The position numbers and the translations under genes are program-made. The notes under the pieces were generated by a model, which had not been told where the DNA came from, searched no databases, and saw nothing but the letters and a program-made list of their open reading frames with translations. This document shows positions 1 through 9,548 of a DNA stretch of 64,000 nt, one piece after another (position 1 is the stretch's first letter; every line of letters starts with the position of its first letter). The stretch comes from Leptospiraceae bacterium. Its GTDB lineage: Bacteria > Spirochaetota > Leptospiria > Leptospirales > Leptonemataceae. Location of the stretch: assembly GCA_040217195.1 (NCBI GenBank), contig JAVJNR010000009.1, positions 170,431-234,430 on the forward strand, given 5' to 3'.

Positions 1-1
1 A

Positions 2-235
<234 letters not shown>

Positions 236-270
236 CCGTAGGCTGCTTCCAATCTAAGACTCTGGAACCT

Positions 271-1176
271 ATGCAGACGTTGGAAGATATCACCAGGGTA
301 GAAATGATACGGGTCCCTCACTTTGAGCTGGATGCATTCCAGAAAAGTGTCCTGGATAATCTATATCTGGAGTTTTTTCTGGAGCAATGTAGAGTACTTG
401 TTACACCGGACCTGAACTATATGACTACAGGCCCTACATCTGCAGGGGAACTGGAACGACTGGAAGAGCTGCTGGCCTCGGAAAATGAAACTCTGGATAA
501 ACTGAAATGGTATCTACTGTACGATCTCAGCCTGTATTCAGCTCTTCTGGAAACGAATTCCTATTATATATCCTCCAATGGCCATGTACTGATATCCAGA
601 TTCGTTCCTGTAGAAGGAGAGGATCAGCGCTTCGAAGTAAAACTGTACACCATTGCAGCCAATGACCTGCCAGAAAACTACAAAGACAAGCTATACCTGG
701 GTCGAGACTTCTTCTCGTTAAAGACTCTCCGAAGGGAGCACTTTGGATTAAAGCTAATTCGCGGCTCAATTATCGGGCAATTCTATAAGATGCGCGAAAG
801 AGTCAACCAGTACACTCTTCAGGAATACCACAGCGAACTGGACTCCGAGTACATGAAAGAAATCGAAGAGATTTCAGGAGAGTTTGCAGAAGCCAGCGAA
901 AGCATCCTTTCTTCTTTTCCGGTGGACATCTCCACCGATAGCCTGGAAAAACCAGCGCTCATCGAGGCAAACCAGAAGTTTCGTGATCTAAAGCATATTC
1001 TAATTGAGATGGAAGAATCTTTACGAGAAATGGAAAGTCGACTCTTTGAGCTGGATCAAACCCGGGCTGTAAGATACGTCACCAAATTCAGAAAAGATAT
1101 CACAAACTACACGAACTACTTCATCATCAAAGTAAATGGTCGCATCTCCGACGCTGTAAACGGAATCCACATGTAG
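271..1176 (+). CDS. Hypothetical protein with C-terminal coiled-coil
   Basis: Long ORF (track start TTG 232; ATG 271 preferred) directly after queA; no recognisable motif. Confidence 0.8.
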   Translation: MQTLEDITRVEMIRVPHFELDAFQKSVLDNLYLEFFLEQCRVLVTPDLNYMTTGPTSAGELERLEELLASENETLDKLKWYLLYDLSLYSALLETNSYYISSNGHVLISRFVPVEGEDQRFEVKLYTIAANDLPENYKDKLYLGRDFFSLKTLRREHFGLKLIRGSIIGQFYKMRERVNQYTLQEYHSELDSEYMKEIEEISGEFAEASESILSSFPVDISTDSLEKPALIEANQKFRDLKHILIEMEESLREMESRLFELDQTRAVRYVTKFRKDITNYTNYFIIKVNGRISDAVNGIHM

Positions 1177-1177
1177 G

Positions 1178-1216
1178 TACGCTCGAAAAGCTATCTACTG
1201 TAGCTTCTCGAGCGTA
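1178..1216. terminator. Hairpin between convergent genes
   Basis: TACGCTCGA-AAAGCTA...TAGCTT-C-TCGAGCGTA inverted repeat right after the stop at 1176; no long U-tract. Confidence 0.45.
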
Positions 1217-1318
1217 AAGCAATAGGCGCAGCTGAGCGCCGACCAGGTCTTAGAAACGATTAATCTACCCGGCGAGCCAACCCTGGCTCACCTGGTAGGG
1301 CCCGGGCTGTAGCTTGCT

Positions 1319-3385
1319 TCAGGCTGATTTCAACAAACCTTCTCGCCGCAGCAATGCATCTGGATCCGGGTCCCGCCCCCTGAAGTTACGGTATAGCTCG
1401 GCCGGGTCCTGGGTATTTCCTTTTTCCAGGATGAATCCACGAAACCTATCTGCACTTTCACGATCAAACAGACCCTTTTCTTCAAACAACTCGAATGCAT
1501 CCGCTTCGAGAATCTCAGCCCATTTGTAGGAATAATATCCGGCGGAGTAGCCTCCTGCGAAGATATGACCGAAGCCAGTGGCAAAGCAGGTCCGGGGTGC
1601 ATCGTCCACCAGACTGGTTTTCTCTGTGGCCTTCCTTTCGAACTGTTCCACATCTTTGATTTCATCTGCAGATGCAGTGTGAAATGCCATATCCAGAGTG
1701 GCATAGTTCAATTGGGTCATGAATCCCCAACCGGCACGAAATGTTTCAGAGGCCTGCATTTTTTCGACCAGGTCGGCAGGTATTTTTTCTCCGGATTCGT
1801 AGTGCGCGGCAAATAGGTCCAGACCCTCCTTCTTTCGAACCCAGTTTTCCATGAACTGACTTGGTAACTCCACAAAATCCCAGTATACGTTTGTGCCTGC
1901 CAGGCTGCTGTAGGTGCAGCGAGACAGCAAACCATGCAATGCATGGCCGAACTCATGGAAAAGCGTCCTGACTTCATCATAGGAAAGCAGGGATGGACGG
2001 TCCTTGCCAGGTTTGGTAAAATTGCATACAATCCCTATGTGTGGACGTCGCACCTTGTTGCGAAAGAGCCCCTGCTCCTGAAAGGAAGTCATCCAGGCTC
2101 CGCTTTTCTTGGTTTCCCGCGGGAATAGATCTACGTAGAACAATCCCACATCCTGGCCGGCCCCATCGCTCACCTGGTAGACCTGCACCTCTGGATGATA
2201 GACCTGGATACCTTCCTGGAGTTTAAATTTAAGCCCGTACAGTTTTTCCGCGGTGGAGAATAAACCATCCATCACCCGATTCAGAGGGAAGTATGGCCGT
2301 AGCTCTTCAGAATCGAATTTATGGATTTTCTGTTTTAGCTTTTCAGACAGAAAACGTATATCATACGGCTCCACCGATTCATAGCCCAGTTCGCCGGCGA
2401 ATTCCTCCAGCTCCTTTTGCTCCTTCTTCGCAGCCGGCAGACTTGCCTCAACCAGTCGATCCAGAAAGGATATCACATTCTGCGGACTTCTTGCCATCCT
2501 CTTTTCTAGTATGTATTCTGCATGGTTGGAGTAACCCAGCAGCCTGGAACGCTTTTCCCGTAGTCGCAGAATATCCAGAACCACCGGCCGATTATCGGTA
2601 TCTTCCGGCTGACCGTAATCAGATGCGAACTCCCCCATACCCCGGCTTCGAAATGCAAGATACATCTGCTTTCGCAGCTCACGACTTTCTGCATAGGTCA
2701 TAAATGGCATGAAATCAGGGAACTGAAGTGTATAGATCCAGCCTTCCTTGCCTTCACTGGCAGCGTTGGCCGCTCCCTGCTCCACTGCCATTTCTGGCAG
2801 GCCGGCCAGATCCTTCTTATCTGTGATATGAAGCTTAAAGTGATTGGTGGCCTTTAGCAAATTCTCCGAGAACCTGGGAGCCAATGCTGCCAGCTCTTGA
2901 TCGATGGAGCGAAGTTCGTCTCGCCTGGGCTCTGGCAGAGACGCTCCGTTTCGAACAAAGTCCTGGTGAGTCTCTTCCAGAAGGCGAGACTGCTCCGCAT
3001 TATCCACGCCTTTTCGCGATTCATACACAGACTTGATTCGCTTAAACAAATCCTGATTCAACGTTACATCGCTAGAAAACCCCGCAAGAAACTTGGACAC
3101 CTCGCCGGCAATCTTCTGTATTCCTTCGGTGGCATGGGCGCTAAATAGAACATAATAAATGGAAGCCACATGACTGAGCTCTTCAGAGGAAGTTTCCAGG
3201 GCCTCGATTGTATTTTGAAAGTCTGGTTCTTCCGCGGATTGAACAATGGAGTTCACGTTTTGCTCCGCTTCTTTTTTGAAGTGCTCCAGCGCCGGCAGAA
3301 AGTGTTCAGCCTGCACCTCTTCAAATGGAATGGTTTCGGAGGGTCCGGTCTTTTTTTCGATCAATGGATTGTAGTTTTGCGACAT
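1319..3385 (-). CDS. M3A family metallopeptidase (oligopeptidase A / peptidyl-dipeptidase Dcp-like)
   Basis: TLFHEFGHALH zinc motif, VYWDFVELPSQFMENW, FGHIFAGGYSAGYYSYKWAE. ATG 3385 has an AAGGA RBS and is preferred over 3442. Confidence 0.93.
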   Translation of the reverse strand: MSQNYNPLIEKKTGPSETIPFEEVQAEHFLPALEHFKKEAEQNVNSIVQSAEEPDFQNTIEALETSSEELSHVASIYYVLFSAHATEGIQKIAGEVSKFLAGFSSDVTLNQDLFKRIKSVYESRKGVDNAEQSRLLEETHQDFVRNGASLPEPRRDELRSIDQELAALAPRFSENLLKATNHFKLHITDKKDLAGLPEMAVEQGAANAASEGKEGWIYTLQFPDFMPFMTYAESRELRKQMYLAFRSRGMGEFASDYGQPEDTDNRPVVLDILRLREKRSRLLGYSNHAEYILEKRMARSPQNVISFLDRLVEASLPAAKKEQKELEEFAGELGYESVEPYDIRFLSEKLKQKIHKFDSEELRPYFPLNRVMDGLFSTAEKLYGLKFKLQEGIQVYHPEVQVYQVSDGAGQDVGLFYVDLFPRETKKSGAWMTSFQEQGLFRNKVRRPHIGIVCNFTKPGKDRPSLLSYDEVRTLFHEFGHALHGLLSRCTYSSLAGTNVYWDFVELPSQFMENWVRKKEGLDLFAAHYESGEKIPADLVEKMQASETFRAGWGFMTQLNYATLDMAFHTASADEIKDVEQFERKATEKTSLVDDAPRTCFATGFGHIFAGGYSAGYYSYKWAEILEADAFELFEEKGLFDRESADRFRGFILEKGNTQDPAELYRNFRGRDPDPDALLRREGLLKSA

Positions 3386-3728
3386 TTCCTTCAATAAAGT
3401 CTTCAGGCCACCCTCCAGGCAACCATTTCCATTCTGAAGCATGATCCTTTCAAGTAAGACGCTTGCCTGTACGCTTTAAAGGCATTATGCTTGAGGCAGG
3501 GCAGTGCTGCATTTGCCGGGCCATGGAATTACTGAAGGTCTGATATACGGCTCAGCTCGAGCTAAAAATGTAGCAGAATCCATGGATTCCTGCGCCAAAA
3601 GGGGTGATTTTCACCCTCCGAAAAGCTCCAGATCGATGAATTAGAAGTTAGTGGCAGCCCCCGACCACCGCCTGGCGAATTAGCTACATTTTTTGGCCCG
3701 GGATAGCCGTTCGAGGTTTTTTGCGCGA

Positions 3729-3744
3729 AGGTACGGAACTTGCA
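3729..3744 (+). promoter_or_regulatory. Putative sigma54 (-24/-12) promoter of the ATP-grasp operon
   Basis: AGGTACGGAACTTGCA has GG-N10-GC spacing and is close to the TGGCACG-N4-TTGCA consensus; 145 bp upstream of the CDS at 3889. Confidence 0.6.
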
Positions 3745-3888
3745 TTTTTAATCCGGGCTACAGGGGAATACGAGGGATTCGACTTTCATTGGCACCGACA
3801 ATGGCAATCGGGGCTGCAATGAGCGACGTTAGTCAGAATTCTCCCTTGTAATCACAGGCCCCATGATATAGAAAAGGATCGGAACTCT

Positions 3889-5316
3889 ATGATGTTAAAG
3901 AACTATGCAACCGGAGCTTTTTTTGATGAAATGTTCGCCGCGGATGGAGAACCGCGACCCGGATATTTTCCTTTGAGAGATCAGATTCAATCCATGACAG
4001 AGAAAGAACTGCAGCATAGAAAGGATGAAGCAGAGCAGGCCCTGATCTCACTGGGAATTACATTTCGTGTATACGGAGATGCCAAAGCAGAAGAAAGAAT
4101 CATTCCATTTGATATTATTCCACGGGTGATCACGCGAAAGGACTGGGACCCCCTGGAAAAAGGCTTAAAGCAACGAACCACGGCCCTGAATGAATTTCTC
4201 AAAGATATTTATGGTGCCAAAAGGATCCTGGAAGATGGTGTCGTGGATCCGGATTATGTGTATTCAAGCCCCAGCTACCTCAAACAGCTAGAAGGGTTTC
4301 GACCTCCCAGAGATATCTGGATTCATGTAGGTGGTACCGACCTGGTAAGGGATGCAGAAGGCACGTTTCGAGTCCTGGAGGACAATGTTCGATGCCCATC
4401 AGGTGTTTCCTATGTCCTGGAAAACAGAGAAGTAATGAAACGCACCTTCCCGGACCTATTTCGCAGTCACAAGATCCGCACTATCTACGATTACCCCATT
4501 CGTCTGAGAGGAGCCATGGAGTATTTAAGCGATGCAGCAGCACCCTCCTGCGTAATCCTCACCCCTGGTATCTATAATTCCGCTTATTATGAACATTCCT
4601 TTCTGGCCCAGAAGATGGGTATACCCCTGGTAAGCGGCACAGATTTAATAGTAAGAGATTACAGAGTGTATATGCGAACCACCCAGGGGCTAAAACCTGT
4701 GGATGTAATCTATCGTCGCATTGATGATGATTTTCTTGATCCTGAGGCATTTAATCCGGACTCCCTGCTTGGAGTTCCAGGATTATTTGAGGCCTACCGC
4801 CGAGGGAATGTAGCCTTGCTAAACGCTCCAGGGACTGGCGTTGCCGATGACAAAGTGATATACACCTTTGTGCCTGAAATGATTCGGTACTATCTGAATG
4901 AAGAACCAATTATTCCCAATGTGGACACCTATCTGTGCTCCAGACCAGACGATCTAAAATTTGTGTTAGAAAACTTGAAAGATCTAGTAGTTAAAGAAGC
5001 GAATGGAGCCGGTGGCTATGGGATGCTAATTGGGCCCAGCGCCTCAAAAGAAGAAATTGAATCCTTTCGCAAGAAAGTGCAGTCTGCGCCACGGAATTTT
5101 ATAGCCCAGCCGGTACTGGGCCTGTCCAGAGTGCCCACCATGGTGGATGAAGGTATTGAAGGCCGCCATGTGGATTTGAGACCTTTTATTCTCTACGAGG
5201 AAGAAATCTACATTATGCCCGGAGGCCTGACTCGAGTGGCCCTGCCCCGAGACTCTCTTGTGGTGAACTCCTCCCAGGGCGGAGGCACAAAAGACACATG
5301 GGTAATGGGGACCTGA
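3889..5316 (+). CDS. Circularly permuted type 2 ATP-grasp protein
   Basis: FFDEMF, ERIIPFDIIPR, VLEDNVRCPSGVSYVLENR, LTPGIYNSAYYEHSFLA, VDVIYRRIDD, PGGLTRVAL...VVNSSQGGGTKDTWV. Confidence 0.95.
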   Translation: MMLKNYATGAFFDEMFAADGEPRPGYFPLRDQIQSMTEKELQHRKDEAEQALISLGITFRVYGDAKAEERIIPFDIIPRVITRKDWDPLEKGLKQRTTALNEFLKDIYGAKRILEDGVVDPDYVYSSPSYLKQLEGFRPPRDIWIHVGGTDLVRDAEGTFRVLEDNVRCPSGVSYVLENREVMKRTFPDLFRSHKIRTIYDYPIRLRGAMEYLSDAAAPSCVILTPGIYNSAYYEHSFLAQKMGIPLVSGTDLIVRDYRVYMRTTQGLKPVDVIYRRIDDDFLDPEAFNPDSLLGVPGLFEAYRRGNVALLNAPGTGVADDKVIYTFVPEMIRYYLNEEPIIPNVDTYLCSRPDDLKFVLENLKDLVVKEANGAGGYGMLIGPSASKEEIESFRKKVQSAPRNFIAQPVLGLSRVPTMVDEGIEGRHVDLRPFILYEEEIYIMPGGLTRVALPRDSLVVNSSQGGGTKDTWVMGT

Positions 5317-6252
5317 ATGCTTAGTCGAGTGGCCGATTCCGTATACTGGATGAACCGCTATATTGAGCGGGCCGAAAACTACTGCCGCTTTATGGATGTG
5401 AATTTCCAGCTCTCCCTGGATTCACCGGAAAGCGCCAATCAGTGGGGACCCATGGTTACCACCACTGGAGACAATGTGATCTTCGAGGAAAGATACGGAG
5501 ATTACACCCGGGAAAATGTCATTCAATTTATGACATTCGACGGTGAAAATCCCAGCTCCATCTTTTCCTGTATTCGCAGGGCCAGAGAAAACGGGCGAAC
5601 CATCCGGGAAAACATAAGCACCGAGTTATGGCAGATTCTAAACGAGCTGTACCTTGAAATAAAGAATCAAAGCAATATTTCGGATATGGAGCGCCTGGAA
5701 CGATTCTATACCCGTGTGCGAAGAACCTGTTTGCTTTTCTATGGAACCATGGATGCCACATTGTCCCACGATGAAGTGCATCGCTTTGCCCTCACAGGTC
5801 GTTACCTGGAACGAGCGGACAAAACCACCCGAATCCTGGACATGAAGTATTTTATTCTACTGCCCAGTGTTCAGGATGTAGGAACCACTCTGGATCTAAT
5901 ACAGTGGCTTTCTCTTCTAAAGTCAGCCAGTGCCCATGAGATGTTCAACCGAATCTATCAAAAGGTAACTCCCAAAAACATTGCGGAATTCTTGATTCTG
6001 AATCGAGACTTCCCCAGAGCATTGATCTACTGCCTGTCCGAACTGGATCGAAACCTTCGCTCCATTTCGGGCAACGCCGGCCGGTCCTTTTCCAATGAGG
6101 CAGAACGGAAAACCGGCATACTTCTTTCTGACCTGAACTACACAGATATTGATGCAATCTTCGATAGAGGCATGCACGAATACCTGGACTCCGTTCAAAA
6201 CCGATTGAATGATATCGGTGGCCACATTGTGGAACGATATTTTGCGGTGTAG
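5317..6252 (+). CDS. Alpha-E domain protein
   Basis: MLSRVADSVYWMNRYIERAEN, ARENGRTIRENIS, GRYLERADKTTRILD; abuts the ATP-grasp gene. Confidence 0.93.
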   Translation: MLSRVADSVYWMNRYIERAENYCRFMDVNFQLSLDSPESANQWGPMVTTTGDNVIFEERYGDYTRENVIQFMTFDGENPSSIFSCIRRARENGRTIRENISTELWQILNELYLEIKNQSNISDMERLERFYTRVRRTCLLFYGTMDATLSHDEVHRFALTGRYLERADKTTRILDMKYFILLPSVQDVGTTLDLIQWLSLLKSASAHEMFNRIYQKVTPKNIAEFLILNRDFPRALIYCLSELDRNLRSISGNAGRSFSNEAERKTGILLSDLNYTDIDAIFDRGMHEYLDSVQNRLNDIGGHIVERYFAV

Positions 6253-6254
6253 CC

Positions 6255-9200
6255 ATGACCCGTGTTTCGCTCTATCATCAGACATCCTATCGCTTTGACC
6301 GGCCGGTTCAGATTCATCCACATTCGATCCGACTGAGGCCGGCTCCTCATACCAGAGCTCATATCCATTCCTATTCATTAAAAGTCAGCCCGGAGCATTT
6401 TCTCAACTGGCAGCAGGATCCAGCAGGTAATTTCCTGGCTCGAGTTGTATTTCCGGCGAATGCCTGGGAACTGCGCATTCAGGTAGATATGGTCGTGGAG
6501 TTACGAACCGTTAACCCGTTCGATTTCTTTCTGGAGCCGGCTGCCAGTAATTTCCCCTTCGAATACCCCGAAGAACTGCTTCAGGACCTGGCCATCTACC
6601 AGAGAACCGAACTAACGGATCCGGAGTTATTGCAATGGGAAAAAGAGGTTCGTAGCCAGGTTCTAAAACCGGGGATGACCACCGTAGACATGCTTGTGGG
6701 CATCAACCAGTTTGTAGCCAGTCGAGTGGGCTACGTCATTCGCATGGAGCCAGGAATTCAGAGCTGTGGTCAGACCATCCAGTCCGGCAAAGGCTCCTGC
6801 AGAGATACTTCTTTTCTGTTAATGCATTTACTTCGCAGGTTGGGACTGGCCAGCCGCTTCTGCTCTGGCTATCTAATTCAGCTAAAGGCTGATGAGCCTC
6901 CCAGAAAAGGTCCGGCCGGACCGGACCAGGACTTTACAGATCTGCATGCCTGGGCTGAAGTATTTCTACCCGGAGCCGGATGGGTTGGACTGGATCCCAC
7001 TTCCGGACTTCTAACCGGCGAAGGGCACATACCTCTTTTTTCCGCAGCGGAACCTGCCCGGGCAGCCCCGGTTAGCGGAGCCACAGATTTCTGCGAATCC
7101 ACACTGCACTTTGAAATGAAAGTGGAAAGAATTCGAGAGGCTCCACGCACAACCAGGCCCTACCAGGATCGAACGTTCCAGCATTTCCAGAAAATGGTCC
7201 CGGCTATCGATAAAAAACTAAATGAACTGGATATGCGACTGACCATAGGAGGAGAGCCTACCTTCATCGCAGACGATGATTTTGACAGCCCGGAATGGAA
7301 TTTTCAGGCCATGGCTCCGGACGGAGACCAGAAAAAACGGGACTTTGCAGAGAGATTGCGAAATCGCATGGTTCATAATCTGGCTCTTCCCTCTCCTTTT
7401 CATGTTATTGGCCAGGGGAAATGGTACCCGGGAGAGCCTCTACCTCGATGGGCTTACTTCACCCACTGGAGACTGGATGGTCAACCGCTGAGCCTTCTTT
7501 ATGCGGAGAGCAACGAACGAGACAAAGCCACACCGGAGCATGCAACCACCTTGCTTGAATTATTGGCCAAACGTCTCAATCTCTCAGATGAATTTCTGAA
7601 ACCTCTACATGAGGATCCTCTGGAGCAGCTTAGAAAGGAAGCGTCGCTGCCCGAGAATGCAAAGAAACTCCAGCAGCTGGAGACGTTTCATGCCCTGGAA
7701 AGGAATCGTATCCTCAAATTAATGGAGCAGGACCTGTCCGCCCCATCAGCATTTGTACTTCCCCTGGCCTTTGAGCCAGAGAGTCAACGGTGGTCGTCTT
7801 CCAGATGGGAGAGCACTCGCAGTCATTTATTTCTGCTTTCTGGAGATTCACCGGCCGGACTGAGACTACCTCTCGGATCTCTGGGCGATGAGTTTCGTAG
7901 CGTCTACCTGGAAGACCCCACAGAGCAACCAACCCATCTTCCAGACCCGGAACATCTGGCCAGAGAGCTGTCCGGATCGAAATACACTCTGAAAGAAGAC
8001 GAAGGCAGGCCTCCCTTGCGAGTGGCCCTGGTTGTGGAAATTCGAAGGGATATATTGCATATATTCTTACCACCTCCATCGTCTGTTATTTCTCATCTGG
8101 CACTTATAGCACACCTGGAAAGCTGCTTGCTTGAATTGAAAGTGGCGTACCGATTTGAGGGCCACCCTCCTCCTTCGCATCCGGCACTGAATCATCTTTC
8201 CATTACACCGGACCCTGGAGTTCTGGAAGTAAACCTTCAGCCGTCTAGCTCTCTTGACCAGGCCAATCGAATCAGTCAGGTGTTGTATCGGTCCGCAAAA
8301 GAAGAAGGCCTTACGACTCAAAAATTCTTAATCGATGGCAGACCGGCTGCCACTGGCGGAGGTAATCACATTACGCTGGGAGCAAGAAGCACTCTGGAAA
8401 GTCCTTTTCTGCGATTCCCATCTCTGCTGCCTGCTCTGTTAATCTACTGGCAAAAACATCCATCTCTCAGTTATCTATTTTCCGGACTATTCATTGGACC
8501 TACAAGCCAGGCTCCTCGCATCGATGAGGCCAGGATAGACACTCTGTATGATCTGGAAATCGCATTAAAGGAGCTCTATCAATACGAAAAGGATGGATGC
8601 CCGCCCTATATGATCGATCGACTGCTAAGGCATCATCTTACAGATCTTACCGGCAACACCCATAGAGCGGAGTTTTGCATCGATAAACTATTTGATCCGG
8701 GTTCCCTGGGCGGGCGACGAGGCCTGCTGGAAATGCGAGCCTTCGAAATGCCTCCTCACTGGAAGATGAGTGCCGTGCAGCAAGCACTGATAGGAGCCAT
8801 TCTTTGTCTTATGAGAAAGAATCCTCCCGGGCCGTCCCTGGTTAGATGGGGACTGGACCTACGAGACCGATTCATGATACCTCATTACATAGAGGAAGAT
8901 TTGCAGGCAGTACTGATCGACCTGAAAGAGATTGGTCTGGACTTTTCCATGGAACTGTTTGAGCCTTTCTTTGAGTTTCGCTTTCCTGTGTATGGAGAAG
9001 TGCAATATCCAGGGATTCGACTGGAACTGAGGATGGGATTGGAACCCTGGAATGTTCTGGGTGAGGAAGCACATACAGGTGGCACATCAAGAGCCGTGGA
9101 CTCTGCCACAGAACGGATGCAGGCAACCCTGGAAGGGGATGCAGCCGGCCGATACCGGCTGGCCTGCAACGGGTATGCAGTGCCGCTCAAAAAAGTCAGC

Positions 9201-9548
9201 TCAGAGAAGCGGGTGGCCGGCATTAGATTTAAAGCCTGGAATCCCGCCTCCACCATGCATCCACATATTGAACCGCATAATCCATTGACGTTCTCTGTTT
9301 ATGATACCTACAACGAACGTTATGTAACTGGCTGCACCTACCATGTCTCTCATCCTGGAGGCCGCAGCTATGAAAACCTGCCAGTAAATGCTCTAGAAGC
9401 AGAAAGCCGGCGGATTAGCCGATTCCAGTCTGGTGATTTTGGCTCATCCTCGGCCCCTGCACCTGTAGCCATAGAGAACCGGGAGTTCCCCTGTACCCTT
9501 GATTTAAGGCTGGCCGCAAAACCGCAGGAGCAGTTGTCTGACTCCTAG
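6255..9548 (+). CDS. Transglutaminase-like domain fused to DUF2126 putative amidoligase
   Basis: IRLRPAPH, GSCRD, DLHAWAEVFLPGAGWVGLDPTSG, TPDPGVLEVN, TGGGNHITLG, HRAEFCIDKL. Confidence 0.92.
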   Translation: MTRVSLYHQTSYRFDRPVQIHPHSIRLRPAPHTRAHIHSYSLKVSPEHFLNWQQDPAGNFLARVVFPANAWELRIQVDMVVELRTVNPFDFFLEPAASNFPFEYPEELLQDLAIYQRTELTDPELLQWEKEVRSQVLKPGMTTVDMLVGINQFVASRVGYVIRMEPGIQSCGQTIQSGKGSCRDTSFLLMHLLRRLGLASRFCSGYLIQLKADEPPRKGPAGPDQDFTDLHAWAEVFLPGAGWVGLDPTSGLLTGEGHIPLFSAAEPARAAPVSGATDFCESTLHFEMKVERIREAPRTTRPYQDRTFQHFQKMVPAIDKKLNELDMRLTIGGEPTFIADDDFDSPEWNFQAMAPDGDQKKRDFAERLRNRMVHNLALPSPFHVIGQGKWYPGEPLPRWAYFTHWRLDGQPLSLLYAESNERDKATPEHATTLLELLAKRLNLSDEFLKPLHEDPLEQLRKEASLPENAKKLQQLETFHALERNRILKLMEQDLSAPSAFVLPLAFEPESQRWSSSRWESTRSHLFLLSGDSPAGLRLPLGSLGDEFRSVYLEDPTEQPTHLPDPEHLARELSGSKYTLKEDEGRPPLRVALVVEIRRDILHIFLPPPSSVISHLALIAHLESCLLELKVAYRFEGHPPPSHPALNHLSITPDPGVLEVNLQPSSSLDQANRISQVLYRSAKEEGLTTQKFLIDGRPAATGGGNHITLGARSTLESPFLRFPSLLPALLIYWQKHPSLSYLFSGLFIGPTSQAPRIDEARIDTLYDLEIALKELYQYEKDGCPPYMIDRLLRHHLTDLTGNTHRAEFCIDKLFDPGSLGGRRGLLEMRAFEMPPHWKMSAVQQALIGAILCLMRKNPPGPSLVRWGLDLRDRFMIPHYIEEDLQAVLIDLKEIGLDFSMELFEPFFEFRFPVYGEVQYPGIRLELRMGLEPWNVLGEEAHTGGTSRAVDSATERMQATLEGDAAGRYRLACNGYAVPLKKVSSEKRVAGIRFKAWNPASTMHPHIEPHNPLTFSVYDTYNERYVTGCTYHVSHPGGRSYENLPVNALEAESRRISRFQSGDFGSSSAPAPVAIENREFPCTLDLRLAAKPQEQLSDS

